DNA of 64,000 nt from the human T2T-CHM13v2.0 reference genome, Homo sapiens. Location: the NCBI RefSeq assembly GCF_009914755.1, contig NC_060947.1. One strand, written 5' to 3'. The notes beneath the pieces are model-generated. The model searched no databases. It saw only the letters and a list, made by a program, of their open reading frames with translations, and was not told the DNA's origin. This document shows positions 1 to 13,078 of this stretch, one piece after another. How positions within the stretch are numbered: the first letter of the stretch is position 1; each line of letters starts with the position of its first letter. Both the position numbers and the translations under genes were made by a program.

Positions 1-935
1 GACAAAGGGCTAATCTCCAGAATCTACAATGAACTCAAACAAATTTACAAGAAAAAAACAAACAACCCCATCAAAAAGTGGGCAAAGGACATGAACAGAC
101 ACTTCTCAAAAGAAGACATTTATGCAGCCAAAAAACACATGAAAAAATTCTCATCTTCACTGGCCATCAGAGAAATGCAAATCAAAACCACAATGAGATA
201 CCATCTCACACCAGTTAGAATGGCAATCATTAAAAAGTCAGGAAAGAACAGGTGCTGGAGAGGATGTGGAGAAATAGGAACACTTTTACACTGTTGGTGG
301 GACTGTAAACTAGTTCAACCATTGTGGAAGTCAGTGTGGCCATTCCTCAGGGATCTAGAACTAGAAATACCATTTGACCCAGCCATCCCATTACTGGGTA
401 TATACCCAAAGGACTATAAATCATGCTGCTATAAAGACACATGCACACGTATGTTTATTGCGGCATTGTTCACAATAGCAAAGACTTGGAACCAACCCAA
501 ATGTCCAACAATGATAGACTGGATTAAGAAAATGTGACACATATACACCATGGAATACTATGCAGCCATAAAAAATGATGAGATCATGTCCTTTGTAGGG
601 ACATGGATGAAATTGGAAATCATCATTCTCAGTAAACTATTGCAAGAACAAAAAACCAAACACCGCATATTCTCACTCATAGGTGGGAATTGAACAATGA
701 GAACACATGGACACAGGAAGGGGAACATCACACTCTGGGGACTGTTGTGGGGTGGGGGGAGTGGGGAGGGAGAGCATTGGGAGATATACCTAATACTAGA
801 TGACGAGTTAGTGGGTGCAGCGCACCAGCATGGCACATGCATACATATGTAACTAACCTGCACAATGTGCACATGTACCCTAAAACTTAAAGTATAATAA
901 TAATAAAAAAAAAGAAAATTAAAAAAAAAAAGAAA
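1..935 (+). mobile_element. LINE-1 3' end (L1PA2/L1PA3-like): ORF2 C-terminus, 3'UTR and poly(A) tail; continues left of the window
   Basis: ORF 91-537 matches the L1 ORF2p cysteine-rich C-terminus (CWRGCGE...HCWWDC), with a premature TGA at 535-537 (TGG in consensus). G-rich 3'UTR tract; GAG at 805-807 rather than the L1HS ACA/ACG; A-rich tail at about 893-935. Confidence 0.97.
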
Positions 936-1816
936 GTCACAAATAGCTTGTTTAAAGCAATTGACTATTTTAGGTGTTGTGACTGCTCTGCATTGGTGTA
1001 TATAAACATTAAAAAAAGACTTCAGAATTTTTTATTTTCTAATTATAGAGACAAAGAGGAATCGTTATTAGTTTTTTTGCCATGTCATATTAATAATCAG
1101 TGTTTATAGGCCAAACTAAACATAATCCAAAATCACATTTCTATAAGGAGTCCTTGTTATAGAGATAAAGCATCTTCTCTTAAATGTTGTTATATTTTCC
1201 ATTTCTAAGCAGTAGTTTAGGTGAAATGAAATGGAGACCCATGAAGTAGATAAATGAGACTGATTAAGAGAATAAGCCAGTTATTTAATCCGAGGAATAA
1301 GAAGTAATGTCTAAGCAGGAATTCATGAATGATAAAAGTTTCAGGGAAAGCACTTTACATGCCTGAGTATATGACTGTGTTATTTTAAACACTGTCAGAG
1401 TCCATTCAGCTGGAGTGTAATATTTTGTGTATCAGCACTCCTATTTTGGGATGTACTATAATTTAGAGATAGTGAGTAGTGATCCCTACATAACAGGACT
1501 ACTATTTCCTTTGCCATAATAGCAGTTTGTTTATAATAAAATTTATTTTCATCTAGTAATAGCATATATGATGCTTTCATTTTCATTCATTTCATTGGAG
1601 ATTATAGCCTTAGGTGACAGAGTTATTTTATTTTTCTTCAGAGTCCATTAAGTCATAAAAGTCTGCAGACTACTCCTAGACTTGTGCTCTACTTTACTAT
1701 AAAACAACAAATAATCTGGAACTGTTACAATATGTTCATAACGTTAACATGTTGCTAGCCATAGGAGTTCATATCTTAGTTACATTTTCTCGGGAAATTT
1801 GAAACCTCTAAAGCTG

Positions 1817-1856
1817 AAAAAAAAAATATATATATATATATGTATACACACACACA
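1817..1856. repeat. Compound A-run/(AT)n/(AC)n microsatellite
   Basis: aaaaaaaaaatatatatatatatatgtatacacacacaca read directly. Confidence 0.85.
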
Positions 1857-2813
1857 ATAAAGTACACTTTAAAAAGCAAACAAAAATTTTCTTTATAAGA
1901 TTTAGTGTAACACTACATTTTTTATTTGATTTGTTTTGATTTGTTTTTGCATCAAAGATGATGCAAAGAGTTAACTGGAACTTTTAGTTAACTTTCTAAC
2001 TAATAGAGTTAACTGGAATTCTTCTCTAGTTTTTTTCTTACTTGTTGAACACTGTGTTGCTTTGATTGTGAAAATCAGAAAGCCTAGCCTGTGGATGAAC
2101 AAAAAGAAGCAAAAATACAAAGTATTTTATAGTTTTTTAGTCCATAGTAGAAAAATAAAGTTGCTTTTCTTTTATTAAAATATACAACATTTCAGCAGTA
2201 TCCACTCAGCCATGTTTCTGAGTTTTGGGTTGTTGTTGTTGTTTTGTTTTGTTTTAAGAAGCATCTGTGTGATGAGTAACAATTTTACTGTCACTTATTC
2301 CAGACATTAGTTAGTTACGAGGCTTGGCTTTTTCACTGACAAGGTTAGGTGTCAAACCCTATTCCCCGTAGCCCCTCCAAGCTCACAACATGGCCCCACT
2401 GAAAGCCCTAATGAATTATTGCCTCTTTCCAATAAGCTGGATGCTAGCTCTAAGAAGTACTTAATGACATTCACAATTTAAAACCTTACCTAAAAATCTG
2501 TTTATGGAAGAATTAGCTTAATTAAGGAGTTTGCAATGAAGTCACTCTTAATGACGTTCTGTGAAAGACATTAAAGGTGAAAAGGAAACAAGCAGAACAA
2601 ACAACCCTTTGAGCTTTTCAGGTCAGTAGTTACACTAACAATTGTCACAACTTCCCCTGAAAGGGATGGTACTTGAAGTGAGAATCAAAAAGGAAAATGT
2701 GTGATTGATCACCTCTAAGACTTTCCTCTGCTTTTCTGAAGAGCTAGGCCATAAAGTCACAAAGGGAGCAGCTTACTAGGTCGTAAAGCCTCTTGATATT
2801 TTTTTAAGGCGCC

Positions 2814-3450
2814 TGTATTAGTTTTCTATTGCTACCATAATAATTTGCTACATACTTGGAGGCTTAAAACAACACCCATTTTTCATCTCACAGGGTCTAT
2901 AGTTCAGAAGTTCAGCTAGACTAGACTAGGTTCTCTGCTCAGGGTGTCATAAGGTTGAAATCAAGGTGTTGGAAAGTCTGTGATCCTTTATTGCAAGTTT
3001 TGGGGAAGAGCCTTCTTCCAAGCTCATTCAGGTTGTTGGCAGAATCCAATTTCTTACAGTTGTAGGACTGAGGCTCCTGCTCCCTTGATGGCTGTCATCT
3101 GAGATCTCCTTTCAGCTCCTAATGGATACCCACATTTCTTCTCACATGGCCCCCTCCATCTTCAGAGCCAGCAAAGGTGTGTTGAATCACCCTTGTTCTT
3201 TGGATTTCTCTCTTTCTCTTCTGTGACCAGCAGGAGAAAACTCCCTGCTTTTAAAGGAGTCATGTGATAAAGCCTGTCTCACTTAGATCATATGTGTATT
3301 TTATAGTCCACTGATTTGGACATTGATTACATTAGGAAAATCCCTTCATGATTGTATCTAGATCGGTGTTTGATTAAATAAACCAGGCACAGAAATCTTG
3401 GGCAGTTTTGGGGAGGAGAGGACATATTTAAAATTCTGCATGCCATAGCA
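2814..3450 (-). mobile_element. MaLR solo LTR, MLT1 family
   Basis: Starts tgtattagttttctattgct, the reverse complement of the MLT1 3' end. Typical MLT1 segments: ggcttaaaacaacac, aagctcattcaggttgttggcagaat, atggccccctccatcttca. Confidence 0.8.
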
Positions 3451-3499
3451 CCTCTTCCTTTAAGAGAAAAAATCTTCAGGATGGACAACTTGGATTTAA

Positions 3500-3568
3500 G
3501 CCTCTGTCTGTCCCACTTGTTAGTCCTTTGTGCTGTGAACAATTGTACAACCCTACGTAGCAGCCCTG
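3500..3568. mobile_element. Possible short hAT-Tip100 fossil (MER91-like)
   Basis: Ends gtacaaccctacgtagcagccctg, resembling the MER91 terminus. Short and diverged. Confidence 0.35.
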
Positions 3569-4649
3569 AGCTATAGCTTCTAGGGGTCATGAAGCATTGC
3601 CTTTACCCTTTGACTTCTTTCTCTTCTTAGAACCTTTCCTGTCCTGCTCAATCCTATTTATTAAACAGATCCTATCCTCATAACTGACCTCCTCACCTTC
3701 ATCCAAACTCTAGTATTTATTTACCGGTATTTGACATTTTTAATGTGCATTTGATAATGATTTGTACATAACAGTTGCTGTGGAATACATCTTCTATGGC
3801 TAACTTATTTCTGCCATTGGAGTCATGTTTTTCCCCCATGAAGTGTGCCATTCAAATGGACCTTCTTCAATAATTCAAGAAATTCAATAATTTCTTATTT
3901 TATTTTCAACTAAATGAAAACTGTAAGTTCATGAGAGTAGCTTATATTTTTTTCTTCATTTTTACTGCCAAAAATATGGTTGCTAAATCCCAATATAGAC
4001 AAAGGTCAATTAAAGACTATGTAATTGTGCTACTAATGTTATTACTGAAGATATGTTAAATCACATTTACTTTTGCATGTGTGTTTTGGAAAGAAGCTTT
4101 ACAGTTGAGAAAACCATAAGGGTAGAAATAGAATACACACAGAAAAGTATGAAAAAATGCTTCTAATAGATCTGATAGAGATTTAGAAAAACAATTGTTT
4201 AAATTAGCACAATCCTTAGGGCTGAATTGGCTGGGATCTAGAAAGAACATTACTCACCTTTCAAGGGTGTTAAACTTCTAATGGACTGAGACCTCATCCA
4301 GAAAACATGGGAATTTATGTTTTCTCCTGGACAGAAAAGCATGTATCAACTTCTTCAGTTGCAAAGTCTCACAGTAATTGACCAGGAAAACTACAATTTC
4401 TATACAAATGCTAGATGACCATAATCCCTCCTCACGCAAGTAACATTCCTTTCTCATGTATGGACATTGCAATTCATAAAAGGGCTTATCACACACATCT
4501 CAGAGGATATATAACTACATTGCAGCAAGGCCTTTGGCATTCTAAGATAGAGGACCTAGGTTATTAAAAGCACAGATACAGAACACTGGCAGGAATGTGT
4601 GTTTTCACAAAAGAGTGTGTGTTTTCACTGAATAGCATATATTGCAAAT

Positions 4650-5280
4650 TGATACAGTGCAGTTTGGTAGAAAAGACACTAATTTGAATTTAGGATATGT
4701 GGATTTTAATTCAAGCCCTGTCTCCAAATATAAGCTCCTTTATTTAGCTTGAATCTCAGTTCCATCAGTTAAATGGGAATGCAGGTCTAGATGTTTTTTT
4801 TAAGGTCTCAGTGAGTTGAGAACCTATGGTGACAGCTAACCGGGGGTTTAGTATATGTGCCACATCTCTGTAAATGTTCACTTCCTAGGCAAGCTATTAT
4901 TACAAAAAGCTATGCTCCAGGATAAACTTCTGGGAGTCAAGAAAACTTAGTTGTCATTCTGATTCTACCATGAATGTGGTATAACTGTGGTGGCTTTGTC
5001 TCTTTCAATCTCATCTCCTCATCTCTAAAATTGGACTAAGGCTTTCTATAGCCACTTAATAGTGTTATTTTTTTGAGAATCAAATCAAATAACAGATATG
5101 AACCTGCTTTGAAACCTTTAAAATCATATATAAATGTAAGGGATAATAAATATATCCTAGCAAGTTTCTTTGATAAACAATTTATTCTGCCACTCAGTTA
5201 ATAGATGTTTTCATGAATAAGTTTTTAAATGAACTGAGCCTCAATTTTATTATCTGTGAAATGAGGAAGATGACCTAGAT
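4650..5280 (+). mobile_element. Cluster of degraded MIR SINE fragments
   Basis: MIR core-like motifs: tctcagttccatcagttaaatggg, ctcatctctaaaattgg, gagcctcaattttattatctgtgaaatgagg. Boundaries approximate. Confidence 0.55.
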
Positions 5281-6547
5281 CAGTGATTTTCTTAAAAGCA
5301 TTTTATATTTTTTAGCAGCAGAACTCTGATTTCACACAAAATATCAAGTGGAATCTTACATATATGTCAGTCAAAAAACAAAGCAATTCTAACTGAGTAT
5401 GACCCAGAGCCTTGCCTTCCAAGCTTCCTTCTCATTGCACTCCATACCATAACTTCTCATGCATTTGTATAAAACCCTGCAACTCTGAGGGGTTCTGAGT
5501 GAAAACAGATGGACCATATAATCCTTAATCTGTCTTCCAGTTTCAAATATCTGTTTAAAATTATGACAACTGAAGAGAGCTAGTCACTGGTTTTTATATA
5601 GAATATTTTGGTTCTAAGAAATGAATAGGAAGTAATTTAACTTCTTTAGTAACTTTTTCTTCATTCATTTACCCTTTGATTTCTGTACCTTAACAGACCA
5701 TGATGTCTTCTCAATTATGAAATGAAGCTTGTTGTCATAAAATATACTTACTATTTCTAATTCATTAGATAACAAAGCAGAAAAATCAATTTTTTCTTTT
5801 AAACCATCATTCTAAAACAACTACTTTTAGTGCTCCATCACAAGAAGTAGTTATTACCAGCTACAAAAATGACTGTGAAATTTATATAGCAAAACTGACA
5901 AATTCCACAACACTTGCCAAGAAAACTCAATACCCTACTGATATTAGTAAATGCATAGAAAGTCCCAGACCCATTAGGCTGTCCCATTTCAGAACATGAC
6001 ATTTTATTTCTTCCCAAGTGATGAAAACTAAATTTGCAACCTGAAAATTGTATAGATTTGTGGTGCTTTTCTAAAAAACATATTGAAAATAGTTGGTTAT
6101 AAGTGAGCTAAAAATGGGTAGTGCCACTATTCAAACAAAGTATGTAATTATTGAATAAGTACTTCCTTTACATCCAATACACATACCTCAGGAGTTCAGA
6201 ATGCCACTTAAAAGAAGATGTGCATTTGTCTTAAACTTACAACAAAGTTTACCAAAGAAGCCAACATTTACAGCTACTAGGGATATTCTGCTATCCAATT
6301 AGAAACATAATTTTATAACTAATTGAAGGAGTGCATATATATATGTATATATATATATAGTTAATTTTAGAAAAATATATGTCTCATGGGTTTTTTAAAA
6401 ATGACAATTTAGTGCTATAAATTCCTTCATGATTTTTCAAAAATGACTTTGGTTTAGAGAATGAAATTATAAATGTTATTGATCTATTAAGCATATTATT
6501 TCCTGAAGAGAGTTTAATAAAAAATACTAAAAATAAGTGTTTTACTT

Positions 6548-7171
6548 TGTAAACCAAAAATAAAATTCTAAGACCCACAACCGACTGATGGATCTCCCCC
6601 TCAGCCAAGGACATTCCAAAGTTAACCTGAAAAACTAGTTCGGGCCATAATGGGAAGTGGCAGTCAGACCTACCTCAAAATCCCCTTCTCCCCTTGGTAT
6701 TTAGGCACAGCTGACCAGCATTAATATTAAAACAGAGACCTTAAGACTGATAGAATAGCCTCTTTAAGTTTATAAGAAACATTCCCTTCTGTTCATTCGA
6801 TTTGCATAATGTGAACCTTGGTCTCCACAACTCCTTAACAAAGACATTCCCTTCTATTGATTCTAGGTCTTTATACGATAACTTAACTCTTTCAACCAAT
6901 TGCCAGTTAGAAAATTCTTGAGTCCACCTATGACCTGGAAGCCCCTGCTTCAAGTTGTCCCACCTTTCCAGACCAAACCAGTGGACACTTTACATGTGTT
7001 GATTGATGTCTTATGTCCCCCTAAAATATATAAAACCAAGCTGTAGCCAGACTGCCTTGAGCACATGTTCTCGGAATCTCCTAGGGGTGTGTCAAGGCCA
7101 TTGGTCACTCATATTCGGCTTAGAATAAATCTTTTCAAATATTTTACAGGGTTGGACTTCTTTTGTTGACA
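6548..7171 (+). mobile_element. ERV1 solo LTR, MER4 family (MER4D/E-like)
   Basis: TG...CA ends (tgtaaaccaaaaataaaattctaag ... ttttgttgaca). Internal tatataaaa and aataaa. Near-perfect 4-bp TSD actt/actg. Confidence 0.88.
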
Positions 7172-7500
7172 ACTGTTAATATATCCTATGCTGAAACTAT
7201 TTTAATCCTTAACCAAAATAAACACTAATTTAAATATGTGGCTTTAGTGTTCATGGTTGACTGTTATCAGGAAAATTGATAAGCCTGACTATAATCACCT
7301 GACATGTCAATAATCTCTAAAGTGAAATTGGTCTATGAGATCACTGAGGTAATGTGATGAACTACATACATTGGAATATAGATTAGTTCTTTCTCATGCC
7401 TGTAAAAAAGTTAATCTCTTAAAGAAACAAATGCAAAAGAAATCTAACAAAGAAATTATGACACAGCAAAATGCGTTTCACATATACTGTGATTAACATC

Positions 7501-8080
7501 TGAAGGAGATCAGAATATGCTACCCCAAAATATGCCACTTTGGCTAAAGATTATTTTAACCTGAAGGCAATTGAGAACATCAGGCACAGGATGAGCTCTC
7601 TGCCCTCCCCCTATCTGATGTCATACATTACACTTTCGTAAAGGAAATTTCCACTTGCAATGAAATTTCCATGTGTAAAGTTGTCTTCCTCACCCATACC
7701 AGAAAGAGGGGAATGATTCTTGTCATTGGAGATGGCACCAAGATGAGTGTGCATAATCAACCCCTATCCACCATTATTTCCCCCATATATTTCCTAGTCA
7801 CCGTCCCACAATTTACTCCATAGAATCTCAAACTACTTTCCTTTGTCTAGTCACTTCTGAATAATTTATCACTCTTTGTTAAAATGGCCTATAATCCCCT
7901 TGGTCTAAAGGCCCCTTAGAGTTTTTTATTTCTGTGAAGCTCCAGTGCATGTAAAAATATTAAAACCAAAAAAGTTTGTATGCCTTTTCTTTTGATAATC
8001 TGTCTTTAGTTTAATTCACAGGTCTCTAGATCCAAAATCTGAGAAGGTAGAAGAAAATATTTTTTTTTCCCTCCCTTACA
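7501..8080 (+). mobile_element. ERV1 solo LTR, MER34 family
   Basis: Starts tgaaggagatcagaatatgctaccccaaaatatgccactttggc and ends ctcccttaca. Perfect 4-bp TSD CATC at 7497-7500 and 8081-8084. Confidence 0.88.
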
Positions 8081-9638
8081 CATCTACAGTCACTTTACAA
8101 ACCAACCAATGTATCTGTCTTCTCAGCGGTGCAACTTGGCAACTACATAATATGAGACAACATAACACAGAGGTTTGAAAGACAAAGTGAAAGAAAACTA
8201 CATATAATGTTATAAAGGGTATTTTAATTAGACAGAATGTAAATTAGCAGAAATTGGACTTGGACCAAATAACTGAGGTTGCTTTTCCTGTATTCATGGA
8301 CATTTTGATACACAATAAAGATACTCTAGTCCAAGTGCCTAGAATTTTAAAAATAGCTACATAAATTTATTAATTTGATTTTAACCATTTAAAATACTAT
8401 ATCATTTCAGACATTAAAATGTAAAAATGTAAAATTTAGAGACATGAAGTAACTGTAAACAAGATTGGGCCTCAATTTTTCTCTTGTGATACTTCTACAA
8501 TATACAAGTAATTTTCATCTATTCTTTTATGTTTTCTCAGTAGGAATATATATGCCTTACAAGTCACCATCTCTTGAAATGGGTTTAACAGTACAATAAT
8601 AGGTGTTACTGTTAAAAAGCAAAGAAAAAAGACAGACATGGGAAATTCTGGGTTAGAAAATGTTACATATATTTTTTTGCTGTAATACATCTCAGAGTCT
8701 TTAAGGCTAATATTAATTACGAATCCAGGGAACATGCATTAGAAAACACCATTTTAAGTAAATGGATCACTTAGCTAATAAGTATTTGGCAAGGGTTATA
8801 TGGCTGTCCGAATGAATCTTTAGATAGCTTAATAAGCAAATTCATGGATGTGCTTCAGTCCTCTTGCAATAGGTATTAGGATCACCAAAATGACCCAAAT
8901 AAATTAATTGCCCAATTTAGATTTGGTGATCCCCCAATACTAGATTTGGTGGTTTTACATTGGCTTGGTCTCCAATTCAGCACCATATGTTTCAGAAGAG
9001 ATGTATTAAATTTCTTAAATTATCTTTTGTGTGTGAACAGGAATACTTAGTGTCTTAGTAATATCCAGCATTTCTAATCCCTATCTTCCTTTTTTTTTGA
9101 GTCCCTCATCACCTTTTAGGTTTATCATTACTATCAATACTTTGCCAGTAGACTACTGACTGCTAATTTATGACATTCTCTGCATTTATGAACAAGTATC
9201 ATGAGGAAAGGAAAGAAATACAATTCTTGCTCCCTAATGTCATTGTGATTTCAGGAAGTGTTAGAACATTTTTGGCAAACTTGCTTAATAGTCTTTAACA
9301 AGCTGAGTTAAAGAACTTTATTCTTTCAAACTTAGGATTTGTCATTATTTTGAGATTCATTAGTTTAATTAGTTAGAGCATTGTGCTAATGAGCCCAAGC
9401 ACATGAATTTGAGTCACATAGGCTAGTTAATTTTGTACAGAAAAAATATTTTGTCTCCCCCCATACTAGGCCCTTTGCCATTAACTAAGCCTCTAATGAA
9501 TATCTACGTTTTGATCATAAAGGAAACTCATCACCACTGCTTAAAAAATAAAATAAAAAGGAACAGGCAGGATCATATACATATGCAGGCAGTGCACTTA
9601 TTCATCATTATTCACTAATGGATCTTTGGCCATACCTC

Positions 9639-10265
9639 TATTACCAGAAAGGGGTCCAGATCCAGGCCCCAAAATAGGGTTCTTGGACCTCACACAAGAA
9701 AGAATTCAGGGTGAGTCCATAGAATAAAGTGAAAGCAAGTCTATTAAGAAAGTAAAGAAAGTAAGAATCACTACTCCAGAGCCAGAGCAGTGGCATGGAC
9801 TGTGTATACTTATAGTTACTTCTTGATTATATGCTAAACACGGGGTGGATTATTCATGAGTTTTCCAGGCAATGGATGGGGATTTCCCCGGAACTGAGGG
9901 CTTCTCCCCTTTTTAGACTATATAGGGTAGCTTCTGGATGTTGCCATGGCATTTGTAAACAGTCATGGCACTGGTGGGAGTGTCTTTTTGCATGCTAACA
10001 CATGATAATTATCATATAATGAGCAGTGAGGATGACCAGAAATCACTTTCATTGCCATCTTGGTTTTGTTGGAATCTGGCTGGCTTCTTTACTGCATCCT
10101 GTTTTATCTGCAGGGTCTTTGTGACCCATAATTTGTGCTGATCTCCTATCTCATCCTGTGACTAAGAATACCTAACCTCCTGAGAATTCAGCCCAGTAGG
10201 TTTCAGCCTTATTTTCCCCAGCCCCTATACAAGATGGATTTGGTCTGGTTCAAATGCCTCTGACA
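9639..10265 (-). mobile_element. ERV1 solo LTR MER41B
   Basis: The reverse complement begins tgtcagaggcatttgaaccaga and ends ggacccctttctggtaata, matching MER41B as I recall it. Perfect 4-bp TSD CCTC at 9635-9638 and 10266-10269. Confidence 0.92.
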
Positions 10266-11268
10266 CCTCTAAACACACACCTGCTTTACTTAAGGAAACT
10301 GATCCAAGAAGAAAATTCAAGATTTGATGACATTTTAATTAACAAGTGCTTCATTTTAACTAATAAATTTCAAGTTGCTTATTTTCTTATACAACTATGA
10401 ACATGTTTTAAATTGAAAAATACTATGTGCAGTATTGTAGCAAACATAAAAACAATTAAGAGATTCAGGGGATGTGAATCTAGACTTGCTGAAGTTTAAT
10501 TACACTGTATTTTCATAAAGGAATCCCATTCACTTTAATTTTGTTTCTAAATTATGACGTCCTTTTCTTTTCAGAGCACATTGTAAATAACAGCATAGAA
10601 CATCAGTTGGAATAGAGAAAACTGCAATTTCTTCCTATCTCTTGTCATTTAAAAATAACAAAAATGACAACTTGTCTGAAGAAAAGTTTTTAAATTTGAC
10701 TAATGTTCCTTTGTGTGAAATATAATATACTTAGCAGTTCAAAGTGGAAAAAACTAATCCAAGAGAGGATCGTCATCATAGAACTCAAAAGAATGATTGA
10801 TTTGATAGTTTTCTATTTTATGTTCAATATAAAATTCCATTTTATTTGATTCATCAGGAATCCCATATATCCTTTAAATATGACAGATGATTATCTGAGA
10901 ATAAAAATGTCTATGACCAAAAGTCCAAAACTCGAACAAATTCACTAATCTCTAAGTTGATAAAGGCCAGTCCTAGTTTACAGAGCTACATATGGTTATT
11001 GCATGCTTTCTGTAAATGAAAGAACTATAATCTCTTCCACAAGCGTATGGAGGTTTCTATTTTCCCTTTAGTCACTGATGTAGCCAAGAATCATACTACA
11101 GAAAACTACGGAAACTATTAAATTTTTTTCAGAATTAAAATCTGAAGTTATTTTGTAGGTCCAAATTAATCTACTCATAAAGGTACAAACTTATAACTTA
11201 AGTTCCAGTTTTTTAAATTTTGTATTTCCTCTGGAAGAATAAAAGACAGGTCTTTTGATATGGATAAA

Positions 11269-11744
11269 TAGGGATGAATCCTAGTTTTTGGAATCTGAAA
11301 CTTACACGTTAACTCTCTTTAAAAAAAAGAATACAAAATTACCATACAAAATTTTGTATAACCAGAATATTTATTTATAAAGAGAGGTTACAACAAATGC
11401 CAAATTTATAGAAGCTGACAAATATCACAAACATTATAGAATCCAAGAAAATTATATACTTTTAATAATAAGCTGCTTGACACATCTCTGTAATATTTTT
11501 CTTTTCCCATTTCAAGAACACCAGTGGATGCCTGAAAGTGTAAAGACTACCAAACCCTGTATGTATTATGTTTTTTCCTATACATAAATATCTGTGATAC
11601 TTTTTCCCAACATTTTTGGGTGCCTATCATTGGATTGCCTCTTCATATGAAAATAATTTTGTAATATCAGGCCTCAAAAGAGGCCAGTGTAAGTGAAGGA
11701 CCCTCAATCTTAAACTTCATTAGCTCCATGGTAAATCTGCCTCT
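11269..11744. mobile_element. hAT-Tip100 DNA transposon fossil (Arthur1/MER69-like) interrupted by a MER2-like fragment at about 11506-11599
   Basis: Termini tagggatgaatcc ... ttcattagctccatggtaaatctgcctct. The insert cagtggatgcctgaaa...aaaccctgtatgtattatgttttttcctatacata resembles MER2. Confidence 0.6.
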
Positions 11745-12084
11745 ATTTGTATCAGTTATTCAATCAATGTGTGGCTGTTCATAAGATATAAAATAAGAAC
11801 AACACCCTGTTGCAAAATATTCATCACTATATATCTATATCAATATCTGTATCCATATCTATAAACATAGATGTGTATAAAAAAGATTATGTGAATTATA
11901 AATTTTGGACTGTATTTCAGGGTGCGATATATCCTCAGAGAGATTCAAATTGTGCGGTGGGAGTGAGAGGTAATATTTATTTTATGCAAATAAATTGAGG
12001 TTACCAATCCCTTTTACCTGCCTACTTCAATTAAATAGTGAAAGGGATAGTGACTTATACAATGCTGGGGTTGTACTTATCATT

Positions 12085-12240
12085 ATATAACTCACTACCT
12101 AGAACTAAAAACCAAACATGAAGTAGAAAGTCTATTTAACGAATTAATGTGGCTAAAAAGTGCCTGGGATGTAGAGTTCTTCAATAAGTATTTGTTTATG
12201 AATGAATAGATGAACTAACAAATGAGTGAATGGATAATAC
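12085..12240 (+). mobile_element. L2 LINE 3' end fragment
   Basis: gtgcctgggatgtagagttcttcaataagtatttgtttatgaatgaat is the typical L2 3' terminus with (TGAA)n. Confidence 0.6.
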
Positions 12241-12369
12241 AGCTATATCCACCTCCCTTTTCTTTTGCCTCATTTTACCTCAATGACTGCTTTCGCTGCC
12301 TAATGAAGTCTAATTTTTTGAGTGCTAAATTACATTGAAATATTTTTATCGGGTACTTCATGGCAGTTT

Positions 12370-12530
12370 TTATGTTATCTCATTTATGTTTCTAATAACA
12401 ATTCTCAAGGTAATTTCATTTCTCAATACATAGTTATTGAAATTGAAAGAATTTGAGTAACTTATCCAATGTTCTACAGCTAGAATGTCAAAGAATCACA
12501 AGTTGAATCGAGGCTTTCTAGAATCTTAGG
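12370..12530 (-). mobile_element. MIR fragment
   Basis: gaaattgaaagaatttgagtaacttatccaatgttctacagctag matches the antisense MIR core. Confidence 0.5.
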
Positions 12531-13078
12531 TAATATACATCATAGCCATTTATTTTTCCTACATGCCATGCCGTAAAAACATAGCCAAAACAAAAGGAGC
12601 TTATTAAGTTAAAATTGTGTTACATGCATCACAAGTTCTAGGCAAAAAATGTAATATATTATGTCAAAAATAGTTACAATGGGAAGTCCTTGTGTCTGTG
12701 TTACAATGTACAGATTTATTCTTTTTATTTCCTTTCATTTTCATATCCATAAATTGCTCTTCGTAGTCTCAGTTTTGAAACTGGGTCTGGTCTGGTTTGA
12801 GCAGTAGCACGTCAAGGGATCAAATGAATGTTGATGGAAATAGCTATATGCAGAGTGATCAACATCATGATAGGCTGACAGGTTTGAAGAGCCAAGCACT
12901 TTTACAACTGCCAAGCAGTATTTTTCATACTACCTCAAAAAGATTCCCTGGTTGAATAAACTTTTAATATCCCCCTGCTGGAGAGTCACAACACATATTT
13001 ACGTATTAAAGAAACACAGGAAATCCTCCGTATAAACCTGCACCACGCCTACCTCCCCCAACTCCAATTTGTTCCTTT

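Noticed and set aside
558-872. 104-aa ORFs at 558-872 (-) and 61790-62104 (+), plus 63044-63403 and 63452-63733, resembling a duplicated gene
   Set aside because: They are antisense or alternate frames of the L1 3' end, present in any young L1.
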